Assembly (NCBI GenBank): GCA_051294905.1 | Contig: CM119371.1 | Location: forward strand, 40,922,001-40,986,000 | DNA length: 64,000 nucleotides | Direction: 5' to 3' | Origin: Botryllus schlosseri | Taxonomy: Eukaryota | Part shown: positions 51,143 to 63,328 of the stretch, one piece after another | How positions within the stretch are numbered: position 1 is the stretch's first letter | Layout: each line of letters opens with the position of its first letter | The notes under the pieces: generated by a model | Seen by the model: the letters and a program-made list of their open reading frames with translations, nothing else | Told to the model about the DNA's origin: nothing | The model's database searches: none | Made by a program: the position numbers and the translations under genes

Positions 51143-52114
51143 ATGTTTAACGATGCTGCGGTCAAAAGCTATGGATGCGAGATCTGCGGGAAAACATTCA
51201 ATAGGAGGGGAAATTTGAAGAAGCACATGGATATACATAGCGGTGTCAAAAAGCATGTATGCGAGATTTGTGGATATGCTTTCACGCAGAGAAACGCACT
51301 AAACCAGCATCTACCTATTCATACTGGTGTCAAAAAACATGTATGCGAGGTTTGTGGATGTGCTTTCACGTACAGAGGGGCACTAGACAGACATCTGCTT
51401 ATTCATACTCGTGCCAAAAGATATGCATGTGAAATATGCGGAAAAGCTTTCAGTCGCAAGGGGCATTTACCAAGTCACATGAAAAGTCACACTGGAGTGA
51501 AAAATCTTATGTGCGGGATATGCGGGAAAACCTTTCCTCGGAAAGAAAGTTTGAACCGTCACATGCGTGCTCACTCTACTTCAAGAAGTTATACCTGTGA
51601 ATTCTGTGGTAAAGCCTTCAGACACCCAGAAAATGTGAAGACACACATGCTTATCCATACTGGGGTGAAAGATCATGTTTGCGAGATATGCGGATGTGCT
51701 TTCACCCATAGAAACGCACTAAACAAGCATTTGTTTATTCATATCAGTGTTAAAAAACACATATGCGAAATATGTGGATATGCTTTCACTCAGAGCGGCG
51801 CACTAAACCAGCATATGCGTATTCATACTGGTGTCGAAAGCTGTGCATGTGAAATATGCGGAAAAGACTTCATTCAAAGAGCAGGTTTAAACTATCACTT
51901 GCGTGTTCACTCTACGTTAAGTATTTTTACCTGTGATTTCTGTGGAAAAGCCTTTAAACACGCATGCAGTTTGAAGACACACCTCGCTCTCCATACTGGA
52001 AGAAAAGATCATGTTTGCGAGATATGCGGAAAAGCTTTTCTTCGAAGACCGGATTTGAAGCAACACGCGCGCACACATCGTACTGCGACAACAAAATTTG
52101 AATGTGCGGTTTGA
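51143..52114 (+). CDS. C2H2 zinc-finger array protein, 11 tandem fingers
   Basis: 11 intact C-x2-C-x12-H-x3-H fingers with TGVKK/TGVKD-type linkers. First ATG is at 51143 (ORF track starts at TTG 51131). The true start is uncertain. Confidence 0.8.
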   Translation: MFNDAAVKSYGCEICGKTFNRRGNLKKHMDIHSGVKKHVCEICGYAFTQRNALNQHLPIHTGVKKHVCEVCGCAFTYRGALDRHLLIHTRAKRYACEICGKAFSRKGHLPSHMKSHTGVKNLMCGICGKTFPRKESLNRHMRAHSTSRSYTCEFCGKAFRHPENVKTHMLIHTGVKDHVCEICGCAFTHRNALNKHLFIHISVKKHICEICGYAFTQSGALNQHMRIHTGVESCACEICGKDFIQRAGLNYHLRVHSTLSIFTCDFCGKAFKHACSLKTHLALHTGRKDHVCEICGKAFLRRPDLKQHARTHRTATTKFECAV

Positions 52115-53654
52115 GGAAAATTGATATGAACGCGAAGAGAGGGCGTTTTTTCTGCTGGGAAATGTGCGGATGATCCTTCGGACGTGTTTTTGACACTGCT
52201 GTGAAAGACCGGAATGTGATGTTTGAGGAATAGGCTAACTCACAGAGTGGTTAAGTATTGGAAGCAGATTTGATTATTAATGGTGATCACGGGTACAAAT
52301 GAATCGGATAAACCTATAACAGGACCTGCAACACTTGCTAGTTTTTTATGCATGAACCAGGGCTTTGGAGCAGTCGTAAATTTTGAACTGCTCCAGCTCC
52401 GGAGCTCTCTTCTATGATGAAGTAGCTCCGGAGCTCATTGATGCCACTGCTTCGGCTCCAGCTCCGACAACTATGGTTCGGTTGTAGCTGTCGCAAGGAA
52501 CAGTCATTTTGTGGGGGTACGCAAAGTCCTGTGACGTGAAAATTCTGTCGATGACGTCATATCCGCATTTACTCGCTATTTCATATACATTGTATACATG
52601 ATACACCATTAAAACAGTGATGTGGTGTTCTAATACCCCCACTGCGCTCGCTAATATCAAGCCATACAGTCCAATTTAATCTTGAAATGGTGCGATTTGT
52701 GAAGATGTAACTGCAGAACTGAGTGCATGTCGCGACATTTATCAGCATAAATCCACTGTTTACCAAACATACCAAGCGGTTTCAAATTCGATATTGTATG
52801 TAGAAACAGGTTTACTGGTTAGTTAGAAAAGGTGGTGCCAACGAGGCAGCAATCCTTAATTTTGTAACTATTATTGTAAAATTATTTGAATTCAGCCATT
52901 TGATATTGATAGCACTGGGTAGGAAGCACATTGCGGTAAGACTTCTAAGAGAGCCTTTTAAATCAAAACATCTCATCTCAAGTAGCTAGCCACCAACATT
53001 TTTTAAGAAATCATGAATTACTTCGCACCATGTTGGTATAAATTATACGACAACAGCCAACTCAAATTGTAAAATAAGTCATCTCACAAGGCCAGGGGTG
53101 GGCAATAATTTTTCCCCGCTGGCCAAATGAAAGCTGGAAATACATTGGGGGGCCGATCGAGTAAATAATTTGAACTATATTCTGCGGCGCGTTAATTGTA
53201 TCTCTAAATTGAAAACAGTGAATTACATTGTTGATACCTTTTATTTTCCTTTTTTTCACTAGCATTTTTTACAGCCAGACTGGTTGACCATCAAGGTCGT
53301 ATCGATCATTCCTATCTAATACCGAATACTGTGCGGTGTGCATGCATATTTTCTGTACCACCATAATTGCCGTCAGTTGTTATGTATTTTGGTTGGTTGA
53401 AAATAAAGAATCTCTCTCTCTCTCACTTTCGGTGAATGCATTGTTATTAGGCAATGAAAAAGTGACGGTTATAATTAACAAATTAATATTTATTCGCCGT
53501 TGTAATTCAAAACAATGGCAAACATGATGCATTTTAAACTCCTTTCAAACCACCGAGCGAGATAGTGTAGGTCGGTCGGTAGGTCGTGGATTCGATCCCC
53601 GCCCTGGTCATACCAAAGAATCGAAAATTAGTTTCCGCAGCTATCCTGCTAGGC

Positions 53655-55375
53655 CAGTGATGGCCAAGCTTTTGAGCTCGCGGGCCGCATTCAACATCTG
53701 AATCCATTCGCGGGCTGCACCAAAACGCAATATTGGTATTTGATCACATAGCGAGGACATGGAGATAATATAGAGGCTTGATACCAAACATTGCTTTGAT
53801 GATGTCGTACACGCGTCAGAAACAGTGGTGAGATTTCATGGGCTGGTCGAACTCAATAACCAATGTGTCAAAACTGTTGAGATGAAAGTCGATCGTCCCT
53901 ATTCTTGAAACAGAATTGAAATTTGAATATGCGAGCAGCTAACTGCTCATAGATTTACTAATTCCACTTCGGTTTAGTGCCAGGACACACAATGCTGACA
54001 GCATCATAACCATGTTAGCATCAAACACGCTTCTACCATGTGTAGATAAAATATAAATACCCTAATTATACGCATACAGAGAACGAATCGGATAGTTTGA
54101 TGGCATGAAAGATGACGACTGTGGATGAGAGATTTTTGAATATAAAATTCATACTAAACACAGAGCCATAACTGGGATTTGATGTAAATCTTTGCATATG
54201 AGATCAGTTTTGCGGCCCCTTTCATCATCATCATCATCATCATTGGTTTATTAGCAATTTTATCAGTTCAATACACCACAAAAAATGCGATACAATGAAA
54301 AGACAGGAAGATGTCGAAGCGACAAGGAGTAGTCTATGGAATCTGACACCCACCTTGGCCTAGGCGATGTAAAGAGGAGGCATGCACACTGAATGAAAGT
54401 AAAGAAGATCGTATAGAAAAAGAAAGCGACAATAAAAGGGCGGCATGTCATGGGAAGCGAGATCGATAAGTCAGTCGTGGTCCGGTAATCTTCAGGATGG
54501 ACTGTATTTATTTAGTAGTAATTGCTTGTATTTCGACTTGAATGTGGACATGCTCGTCGACTGTCGGATTATAGATAACTAACCTACGGATAGATATACA
54601 ACACCCGTCGTCACGCTTGCTTGCCCGGAGGAAAATACTGCTCAACAATCTGAACGCAACGTAATTGCCAATCCCACAGCTGGCGACCCAAACGCTCAAA
54701 TTAAATAAATTTAATCTTATTTGAAAGCTACTGTCGCAGTGATTCTGAAAATGTACTTTACAGTCTCATCAAGGCAATGGAACCATCCCGAAATAGCCTT
54801 CAAAGTCTGAAAATCGGCATTGTTCTTAACAATCGCAGGACGCACCACAATGGCCATAACAATGCCCCTTGCGTGGTTGCGATTGTTCAGAACAATGCCG
54901 ATTTTCAGACTTTGCGGTGTATTTCGAGGCGGTTCCATCGTCCTGATCTGATTTTAATGTCTATTTTCGGAATCAGTGCGACAGTAGCTTTCAGATAAGA
55001 TCAACTTTATTCAATTTGAGGGCTCGGGTCGTCAGCTACGGGATTGGCAATTACGTTGCGTTCAGATTGTTGAGCAGTATTTTCCTCCGGGCAACAAGCG
55101 TGACGACGGGTGTTGTATATCTATTATCTATCCGTAGGTTAGTTATCTATAGTCGGATGGCCGGCGGGATACTTTCGGATGCTTTCACGCCCCCAAGCGG
55201 ACGAGCTGCTCAGTTTGAGAACCACTGCCTTAGAATTATCATGTTGCAATATAGTAAGAAAAAGTTACATTAATTCGATTTTTAGTAAGCATTTTTTCAA
55301 TATTTTTAATAAGTTTCTTCAGACTCTCGAGGGCCGCACAGAACGGTGTTGCGGGCCGTAGTTTGCCCACCCCTG
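53655..55375. mobile_element. hAT (Charlie-like) non-autonomous element with nested insertions, inside a SINE
   Basis: CAGTGATGGCCAA...TTTGCCCACCCCTG, subterminal GGGCCGCA motifs, TSD TGCTAGGC/TGCTAAGC. Confidence 0.75.
54570..55151. mobile_element. Foldback MITE with 7-bp TSD (P/Galileo-like)
   Basis: TATAGATAACTAACCTACGGATAGAT...ATCTATCCGTAGGTTAGTTATCTATA; long imperfect palindrome; flanks GTCGGAT on both sides. Confidence 0.8.
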
Positions 55376-57382
55376 TGCTAAGCGCTCAGCAATCACGGAT
55401 AGCATGGAGGAGAAAAAACGGGGGCGCAGACTAGACGACCTCATGGCCGTATCGTAACTGAGGTAACTCCGTCGTCAAAGCATCTCGATGGTGCAGGCGA
55501 AAAAGAATATCATCTCTCTCTCTCAGACACGTTCGTTATTACGACAACAAAATGTAATTACGATACTACGAATCATGTCTTGGTCGCTGCCTCCTGAGCA
55601 GCATAGGCCTACTGCTTGGTGACATGGCCTTTGCCGTTGATAGAAACTTATTGCAGTGCTTACTAAATCCGCCCTCCCTTAGCCGATGTCTGTCGTGTTT
55701 TTGACATGATACCGACTTAAATTATAGTCCACGGCAACCTAGTCGCAACAAACTGAAGTAAATAAATATTTAGTGCTTCGAATCTTCTTGGAATTTCGGA
55801 AGTCGGCCCTGATCTTACCTTTGTCGACATGCCCGCCGTTCATCGATTCATCACGAACACTTATTCACTTGTACGAATCAGGAATTTGGAAACGTATCGC
55901 GTAATAATTTAATGCACAGAGGGGACAAAGAAGGTTTGAACAAAACTATATGGAAACAGTGGTTTATATTGTTTCGGCACACGCTGCTATACATTGGCTT
56001 CATTTTGAATATGGCCCTGCTTTGCTTGTCCTTACGGCGAAAAAAATCCTCTAAAAAATGTTCTGGTGAAGGACGTACACAAAGAAGAGGAAGAAAAGGG
56101 CAAGCAAAAAAGAAGAGCCGTCCAATGAAAAAGGATCATTACGTTTCAATGTATTGCTAAAATTTTCATCGTTTCAATACACCAAAAGACTGCGATACAA
56201 TGAAAGATATGAAGATGTCGAAACGATTTGGAGTATCAGTATTATTAATATTTTCAATAAATCAAAACGCCACAAAACTGCGATACAATGAAAAGATAGG
56301 ATGGTGTCGAAGCGTAAAACAGAGAATATGAAAGGCAGTAGCGACAAAACGAGGTGGCATGTGACAGAAGGCGAGAATGATATGTTATGTAGTGGTCCCG
56401 TAATCCTGAAGGCTGACTATAATAGTATTCATTTAGTTTAGAAGATATTACTTGTATTTCGACTTGAAATGCGGACATGTTCGACGATTGTCTGATAGCC
56501 GACGAGATGATGTAGTCAAGATTACACATTGTTGCATCGTGCGTGGATACCTTTATTAAAAGACCGTCACTGACCGTTTCTACATCCTCCTATAATATAT
56601 TATGTCCATTAAATCACCCCGAGGCTTGTATATCGCACTGTGCATTGCGTTTGTCTAAAGCGGTTGAAAATATATTGCATTCGGGAAAAAACGATGGACA
56701 CACTATCGAATGTGACTTAGCCACATTATAGATAACTAAGGTAAGCATTTCGTAGACACTCGCTCTCTTCTTCTCTCTCATCAAGGATACAACCAAAAGT
56801 CGCTACAACGAAGCAGCTGATTCGGGCAGTCTGCATTCTGCAACTGCAATCACTGCAACTGTAATCACTTTGCAGTTTGCATTGCACTGCATTTGCTAAT
56901 GTAATTTATGGTTTTCCTGTGAAAGCTACCAGACGATTGTGTTGTGCGAAGCGAGCCAATCGTGTTGTCCAGCTACATTTGATATTATCGGAACTTGATT
57001 AAATTTTCAAGATTTTGCGACTTCAGTAATTGGATTTCTACTTCAATTTGGAAAAAATACCTATAATTGGTATTTCGTGATTCATAATTCGTAGGTGTAA
57101 TTTTAATTGAAACCTAATTTTGAAAATTTATAGACTTGATATTCAGGAGTAAATCCGTTAAAATTGATAAATTTATTCCGAGTTTGAAGTTGTTTGACTT
57201 GAAAAAAGGCCGACCCAACTGGCGAAAGACCCAGTTGATGGTTACTTATTTCCTATATGTCATTTTAACGTAGGAACGTATGGTAACCCATTATATTTGC
57301 CACTTATTTGATAAGATGCTTATGTTCTTTTCAGATAGTTCTGCATAAAATAATCTATAGGCCGTACGTCTGCTGATCCAAA

Positions 57383-60300
57383 ATGACACCTACCACAATA
57401 TTATCACCATCGCCGAAAGGTCAGGTAATCCTGGACAAAGTCAAGACGTTCATAAAAGATCACATTGCCCCGAGAGAGAAGGTATTGTATATGCAATTTG
57501 AGCTTAAGTGGTCGAATTGTAAAATGTGCGAAATTCAGTTAAAAACTTGAAATTTGGCATCTTGTCTAAGCACCTCAATGGCACAGGTGGAAATACACTG
57601 CTTTTTCGGTGTTCTTAAAGTGTGATAAGCTGTCATAGGCAGTGTGAGAAAGCAGTCATCATTGGTACTCAAGTAAAATCAGAAGTAGAGGTAACGTCCA
57701 AGATACAAGTAAAGCCCCAGGCCTAGTTCTCCTTAAAACCAGGAAACTGTCGACTAGAAACAGAATTAGTCTTTTGCTGCTCGTCACCTATGGTAACCAT
57801 CAGCACCTCTACTTTTTCGTCTCTCAGGCATAGCCGAACATAGTGTCATTACTGACTACTGCTGCCTAATGGTGTAACATGAGAAAGTCAAGTGTGTATA
57901 GCCAGCCGAGAGTAAAGGAGGGAGATGTGACATACAAGGGGGGAAGAGGAGGTATATTTTGAAAACGGACAATGTTCTATATATATTATAGCCTATATTC
58001 TATTAGATTAATTGGCTGAATTCTATGCAGGGTTGTAACCAAGTCACAAGTCTCCGAGTCACAAGTCAATCTCACACTTATAGTTTTGACTCGAGTCAAG
58101 TCGATTCATTTTCAATTCACCACCGAGTCAAGTCCAAGTCAGCAAGCAGAGGGTCGAGTCCAAGTCCAAGTCATTGTTTTAACTGCTTAGTTTCCAGTTA
58201 AAGTCTTGTTAAACCCACTTTTTATAACCCTGTTTGGAGATATCGCATGGTTCGCATTCACAATATACTAATGTTCCTCACTTTGTGCAGTTTCTGGTCG
58301 CATTTTCAAGTACCAGTACGAATAGACGAAATCTCGATAGTATGGTTCCTTTACTATTCTTCGAAATTACAATGAAATGTCGACCTTGGCCGTCTGACTT
58401 TCGATTTATGCGCAACGACTCGAGTCCAAGTCGAGTCGATACACAAATTAACTCGAGTCGAGTCATTTCCGTATTTTGAGAAAATGACTCGAGTCAAGTC
58501 GAGTCATCAGAAAATCGTGACTCGGGTTTGACTCGAGTCATTACAACCCTGATTCTATGTATGACTGCCAATGCAACAAGGATCAGATCATCTTGCTCGT
58601 GTTAACTTCTCAATACGCATAAACATATGCCAGGTATGGAGTATCAAAACATACATTTTATTTAATCCAGTACCAGTATGTGAATAAAGACTTACTCACA
58701 AAGCAGGGGCGCGCTATTGATGAATGAACGTAGGGGCATAATCTAGTATGGCGATTGGTTAAGCAGAATGATTTACGTCGTTAAGACCTCACAACAATGG
58801 CGTGAGGAACAATACAAACAGTCGAACAACATGCATTCGGAATAAAGGATGAGCAGTTTACTCTCTCCAAGAGAACTATAAATGGTAGAGTCGAGCTTAG
58901 AAAAGGGGTAGGGGGTTCTACGATTCTACCCACTGTATACACTATACACCACTGAGGACAGTATGCTTATTCTCTATTGTACTGGGTACTTCGATTATAA
59001 ATGTAATGCCTTCATGTAATAGCTACCGTACTTATATTACAGGAATACTACGAATACTTGGAAAGAGCCGAGAACAAATGGTGTGTCATCCCTATGGTGG
59101 AGGAGCTGAAAGTGAGAAAGTTTGCATTAATTCTTATCACGGTATCAACTTGTTGTGGCTAAACCTTGCCTAGTAGTTTCAACTTGTCTTGTGTCGGAAG
59201 TATGGCTCAGAAAAGTACGATTTTAAGTCAGGATTGGAAATTAGACTTTCAAAGCTGGTCTTGTGCTCGTGAATTCTTCCTATTACCGCTTACAATTGTT
59301 ATACGATATTCCATAACAACAAACTGTTTTGGAAATCTCACAAGATATCTTTTAGCAACATAGTAAATCGGGTGGAGTGAAAAAAAAATTTGAATTTCGA
59401 AAAGTTCCATTGATATTTGGTTCCTGCACCCTCTAGTGTTCGTGTAATTTCACCGAACAAGACGAAAATAGTTAATTTTGCCATATCTTGATAACCGCTT
59501 ATGCTAGAAAGCTAGTTTTGAGCTTAAAAGCTGCGGAAGCAACATGTTTCTATCTCACTTTCATAAAACTTTGTCTTGAAAATGTACAGAAAAAAAGTTG
59601 CAAGCAAATTATTGATTTTTAGACAGCCATGAAAATGTCGGTTGGTTTTGCCAATGCAATTAGCATGTTACAATTTGTTACATTTCTGATTTAACAACAA
59701 AATCTTGTTTGGCGTACCGGTACCTATGTGTGAAATTATAAATATATTCTCATGTAGAAGATATAATATCTCTTTCAGAAAAGTAGATTCTTCCTGAATT
59801 CGGTAGAGTTTCCAAGAATAAATACAAAGCCATGATCAGGTCTTGGCACAATAATTCAAGCACTCGAATCTGAATTGAGTAGTCGAATAGTGAGAGAGAG
59901 ATGATTCGGTCGAGTGCTGAAATTATATCGTTTTTGCCCATCATTGTTGATTTATCAGCATAGATTATAGTTTTGATAATATTTTCCACTATGAAAGAGT
60001 GTAAACCTCAGTTGGTATCGCAGCATGCAAAACGTAGGCCTATAGTACAAACCTACTCATATTGGAGGAAATGACCTTTTTGAAAAGTCGTTATCCACGG
60101 AAAGCATTGTTGCAAAGTCAAATAAAACAAATACAGTCTAAAAAATGCGTAATTATCTTTAATGTGATGTATTGCTGGCGCTATGTTCGTTATGGTCGCA
60201 TAGGAGGTACATATTCGAACGTTCCTCACCGGGTTGTAACCAAGTCACAAGGTTCCGAGTCACGAGTCAATCTCGCTTTTATAGTTTTGACTCGAGTCAA

Positions 60301-63032
60301 GTCGAGTCATTTTCGATTCACCACCGAGTCAAGTCCGAGTCAGTGAGTAGAGGGTCGAGTCCAAGTCATTTTGTTCACTGTTCAGCTTCGAGTTCAACCC
60401 ACTTTTTCAACTCCGCTTGAGTGATAGGTATAGCTCGCATTCATAATAACGTAAGTTTCCTTAGACCTAACAGTCTCTGGCCCTATTTTCTAAGTATCAG
60501 GACTGATAGACGAAATACCAATCATATGGGGACTTACTATTCTTCGAAGTTACAATGAAATGTCTGTCTTGGCCGTCCTAGTCTCGAGTCAAATGACTTG
60601 GTTTACGCGTTTCAGAAAAAGACTCGAGTTAAGTCGAGTCACCAGTGACTCGAGTCATTTCAACCTTGGGTTCTCGTCTTTCGTAGTGTTGTGACGTCAA
60701 AATATAAAGAATCTAATTTACTTTTACTTGATTATGCCGAGACTGCGAGGCAGTATTTCGTAATATCGATGTCAACGAGTCGATACCCTTGATATGCATC
60801 AGTTGTTACATCAAAATCTTGAATATCAAACAGGCCAAGGCCAAAGCTCAAGGTCTATTCAACCTTTTTCTGCCTGGCGTAAGTGGATTAAGCAACGTCG
60901 ACTACGCTTACGTCGCCGAGCATCTTGGAAAATATGGTTTTGCGTCTGAGGTCTTCAACTGCAGCGCACCAGGTACGCCCGGATATTTTCAACTGACACG
61001 AGGCAGGGGTAATAGTCAGCAACTAGTAGAGAATTGTAAGAACTTTGGATACCGGGTATCGACAATCGTGTTACCAAATATGAAATTTCATGCCGGTGAC
61101 GTCATATTTTGTGATACGATTGCTAATATACAATGTTCTATCCAATTCTCTACTAGTAGCTGAAGATTACCCCTGACGAGTGTCAGCCGAAAATATTTGG
61201 GTTTCTTTCAAATATCAATAAGGTTATAGTATTCGATTGAAGTTCTGTGCCTCCAAGAAGCTATTGAATGGCAAATCTCAAAAATTCACTATATCAGCCT
61301 ATAAATGAGATGACCCCAAATCAATTCAACATGAAATGAATGCATGTAGGCCTATGTCATATTATAAACTAGGCAATAAAAATTTAAGTAATAAGTAAAA
61401 CAATAAACTTTCAAATTTTACTGTTCGCCTCATGAAATTGTTAAATTGTCTGAAAAATAACGATGCTTACTAATTTCTGCCCATTTCCAACCGGTACAAG
61501 CGAAGTGATTTCGGTTGAAAACTTTTGAGTTGCAAAAAATAGCCTGGACAGTGGGTAATTCCAGAATTGTGAATCACTCCGCTTCTATGGGTCAGAATTG
61601 CATCAATTTTGTTTTTGCATCGATGTTCGTGGGGTTGACAGTAAAATTTGATAATTATTTTTAAATTTTTTAAAATAAATCAAAAATTTCAAACTTCTGC
61701 AGCGTATTTTCAGGCAACCTAACAATTGATCGGTGATTCCTCGGAATATGAAGAAGAAAAAATTGAACTACACAGATATTTCAAAATTGCATTACAATTA
61801 GAATTACTTGATTCGCAAAAACTCTAAAATTGGCACGATGTATTAGAATTAGATTACATGAATTTTGCTCCAATTCGTCTAATTAGAAGACAACTAGGAT
61901 TAGGTAATTGTTGAATTCTGACTGTGATGTTTGAACTGCATAGATATAATCTTCTTAATTACACACCAGGTATCCATATTCGAAAACTTGGAACTTAATG
62001 CCTCCTTCCATACTGTTGTTCCAGTATTTACGTTGGGATGTTACCATGATAGGAAATGTTTTTGTTTCCATTCAGACACCGGTAATATGGAAGTTCTTTA
62101 CAAGTACGGCAGCGAATATCAGAAAGAAAAATGGCTGAAGCCATTGCTGGAAGGGGAGATCAGGTCTGCGTTTTGCATGACAGGTTTGTGTCATTTTGTG
62201 ATTGCCAATTGCGCGATTCAATTGTCAGTAGAAGCTCATAGCTTCTGTTCGCCGTAAAATTTCACAAAGCTAGTTAGTGGTACCGTAATGGAAAATCGCA
62301 ATGTACACATAGCTGTTACTGTGTTTGCTGTGTGACGCACCAAATACTAGACCTTGGTAGTTTAGTTAATCATTTGCCAAAACACTGATGCAGCGTTATT
62401 GCGTTCATGCATGATAGCCATGCCAGAAAAGTGATTTTCATTGCATTTCAGCCAAATTGCTTCAAATGACACCAACTGGCCGTAGTGATAGTCTCAATGT
62501 TTGGAAATAATTGTAGGCTTATTTTAACACTGTAAAATAGAATCTTATTAGCCGCATTGCCTCCTTACTTAGCCTTGCAACACAAACTCTGTGACCCCTG
62601 ACCTTAGTGTATTGTGGTCTTGGCAAAATGTATGATTTCATCAATGACATTGGCAAAGTGTATCATGACATTGTCAATATATACATTATACACATCCTCA
62701 TTTGACTGATAGGCTTACAACCAATCAAAAGTTTAGAATCTTGGAGGCGACAAGGGCTGATCTCAATAATTCGAGCACTCGATCTTGGTGATATGATCGT
62801 TGATGTACCATGTTCTTTTCAATACTCTGCTTGTCGCTGACGATTACTCCTTGCGAGTGTCAGGCGAAAATATTTGTGCTTATCTCAATGCGAATATATT
62901 ATTTGATAGCAAATAATTTGCGTCTCAATTCAGAACCGGACGTGGCGTCAAGCGATGCTACTAACATGGAACTGTCCATAATCCCAGACGGAGATTATTA
63001 CATTGTCAACGGCAAAAAATGGTGGAGCAGTG
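57383..63032 (+). CDS. Tandem ACAD11-like paralogue, 5' part only (continues past window end); starts at the dehydrogenase domain
   Basis: Exons 57383-57481 ([33 protein letters not shown]), 59043-59111, 60834-60972, 62076-62183, 62934-63032 match exons 9-13 of gene 1. The last four have identical lengths (69, 139, 108, 99 nt) and phases. Motifs [38 protein letters not shown]. No stops or frameshifts downstream of the ATG. Confidence 0.87.
58028..58551 (-). mobile_element. MITE family A copy
   Basis: Perfect TIRs and perfect 8-bp TSD ATTCTATG. Confidence 0.9.
60978..61265. mobile_element. Hammerhead-bearing repeat (probable Penelope-like element 3' remnant) as an inverted pair; other copies about 11820-11950, 16823-16940, 23270-23440, 27510-27800, 28380-28640, 30025-30085, 38085-38370, 40180-40350, 62790-62900
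   Basis: Shared sequence gacgtcatattttgtgatacg...ctctactagttgctgacgattacccctgacgagtgtcagccgaaaatattcgggtt...attgaagttctgtgcctccaagaagct. Copies are variably 5'-truncated and some are in inverted pairs. Confidence 0.65.
61159..61202 (+). ncRNA. Minimal type I hammerhead ribozyme motif (intact core)
   Basis: GCTGAA-GATT-ACCC-CTGACGA-GTGTCAGCC-GAAA-ATAT-TT-GGGT. Confidence 0.72.
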
Positions 63033-63328
63033 GTGAGAATAATGTAAACCCTCTATATCGTATTTGATAAAATAATATTTATAGTGTTCGGTAATAATGA
63101 AAGAATTTCCCACCGTAAATACTATTTTTTCAACCACAAAATTTGTACCGAGTAAATTCGCTTCTGCGTTTCAGAATCGAGCCAAATTTGTTAGGCCTAT
63201 TCATCGTTTCTTAGACATCCTAACAATTTCATGGTGATATTTGAAAAAAGTAATTATTTTTATGCAGTAAATCCAACATACCAATGATTCTACCGGTTGG
63301 AATTGAGCAAACTTCATAGGGTGACCAG

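Noticed and set aside
52112..52114. TGA at a Cys position read as selenocysteine or an altered genetic code
   Set aside because: Downstream sequence is degenerate with further stops, no SECIS was seen, and TGA is a normal stop in ACAD11.
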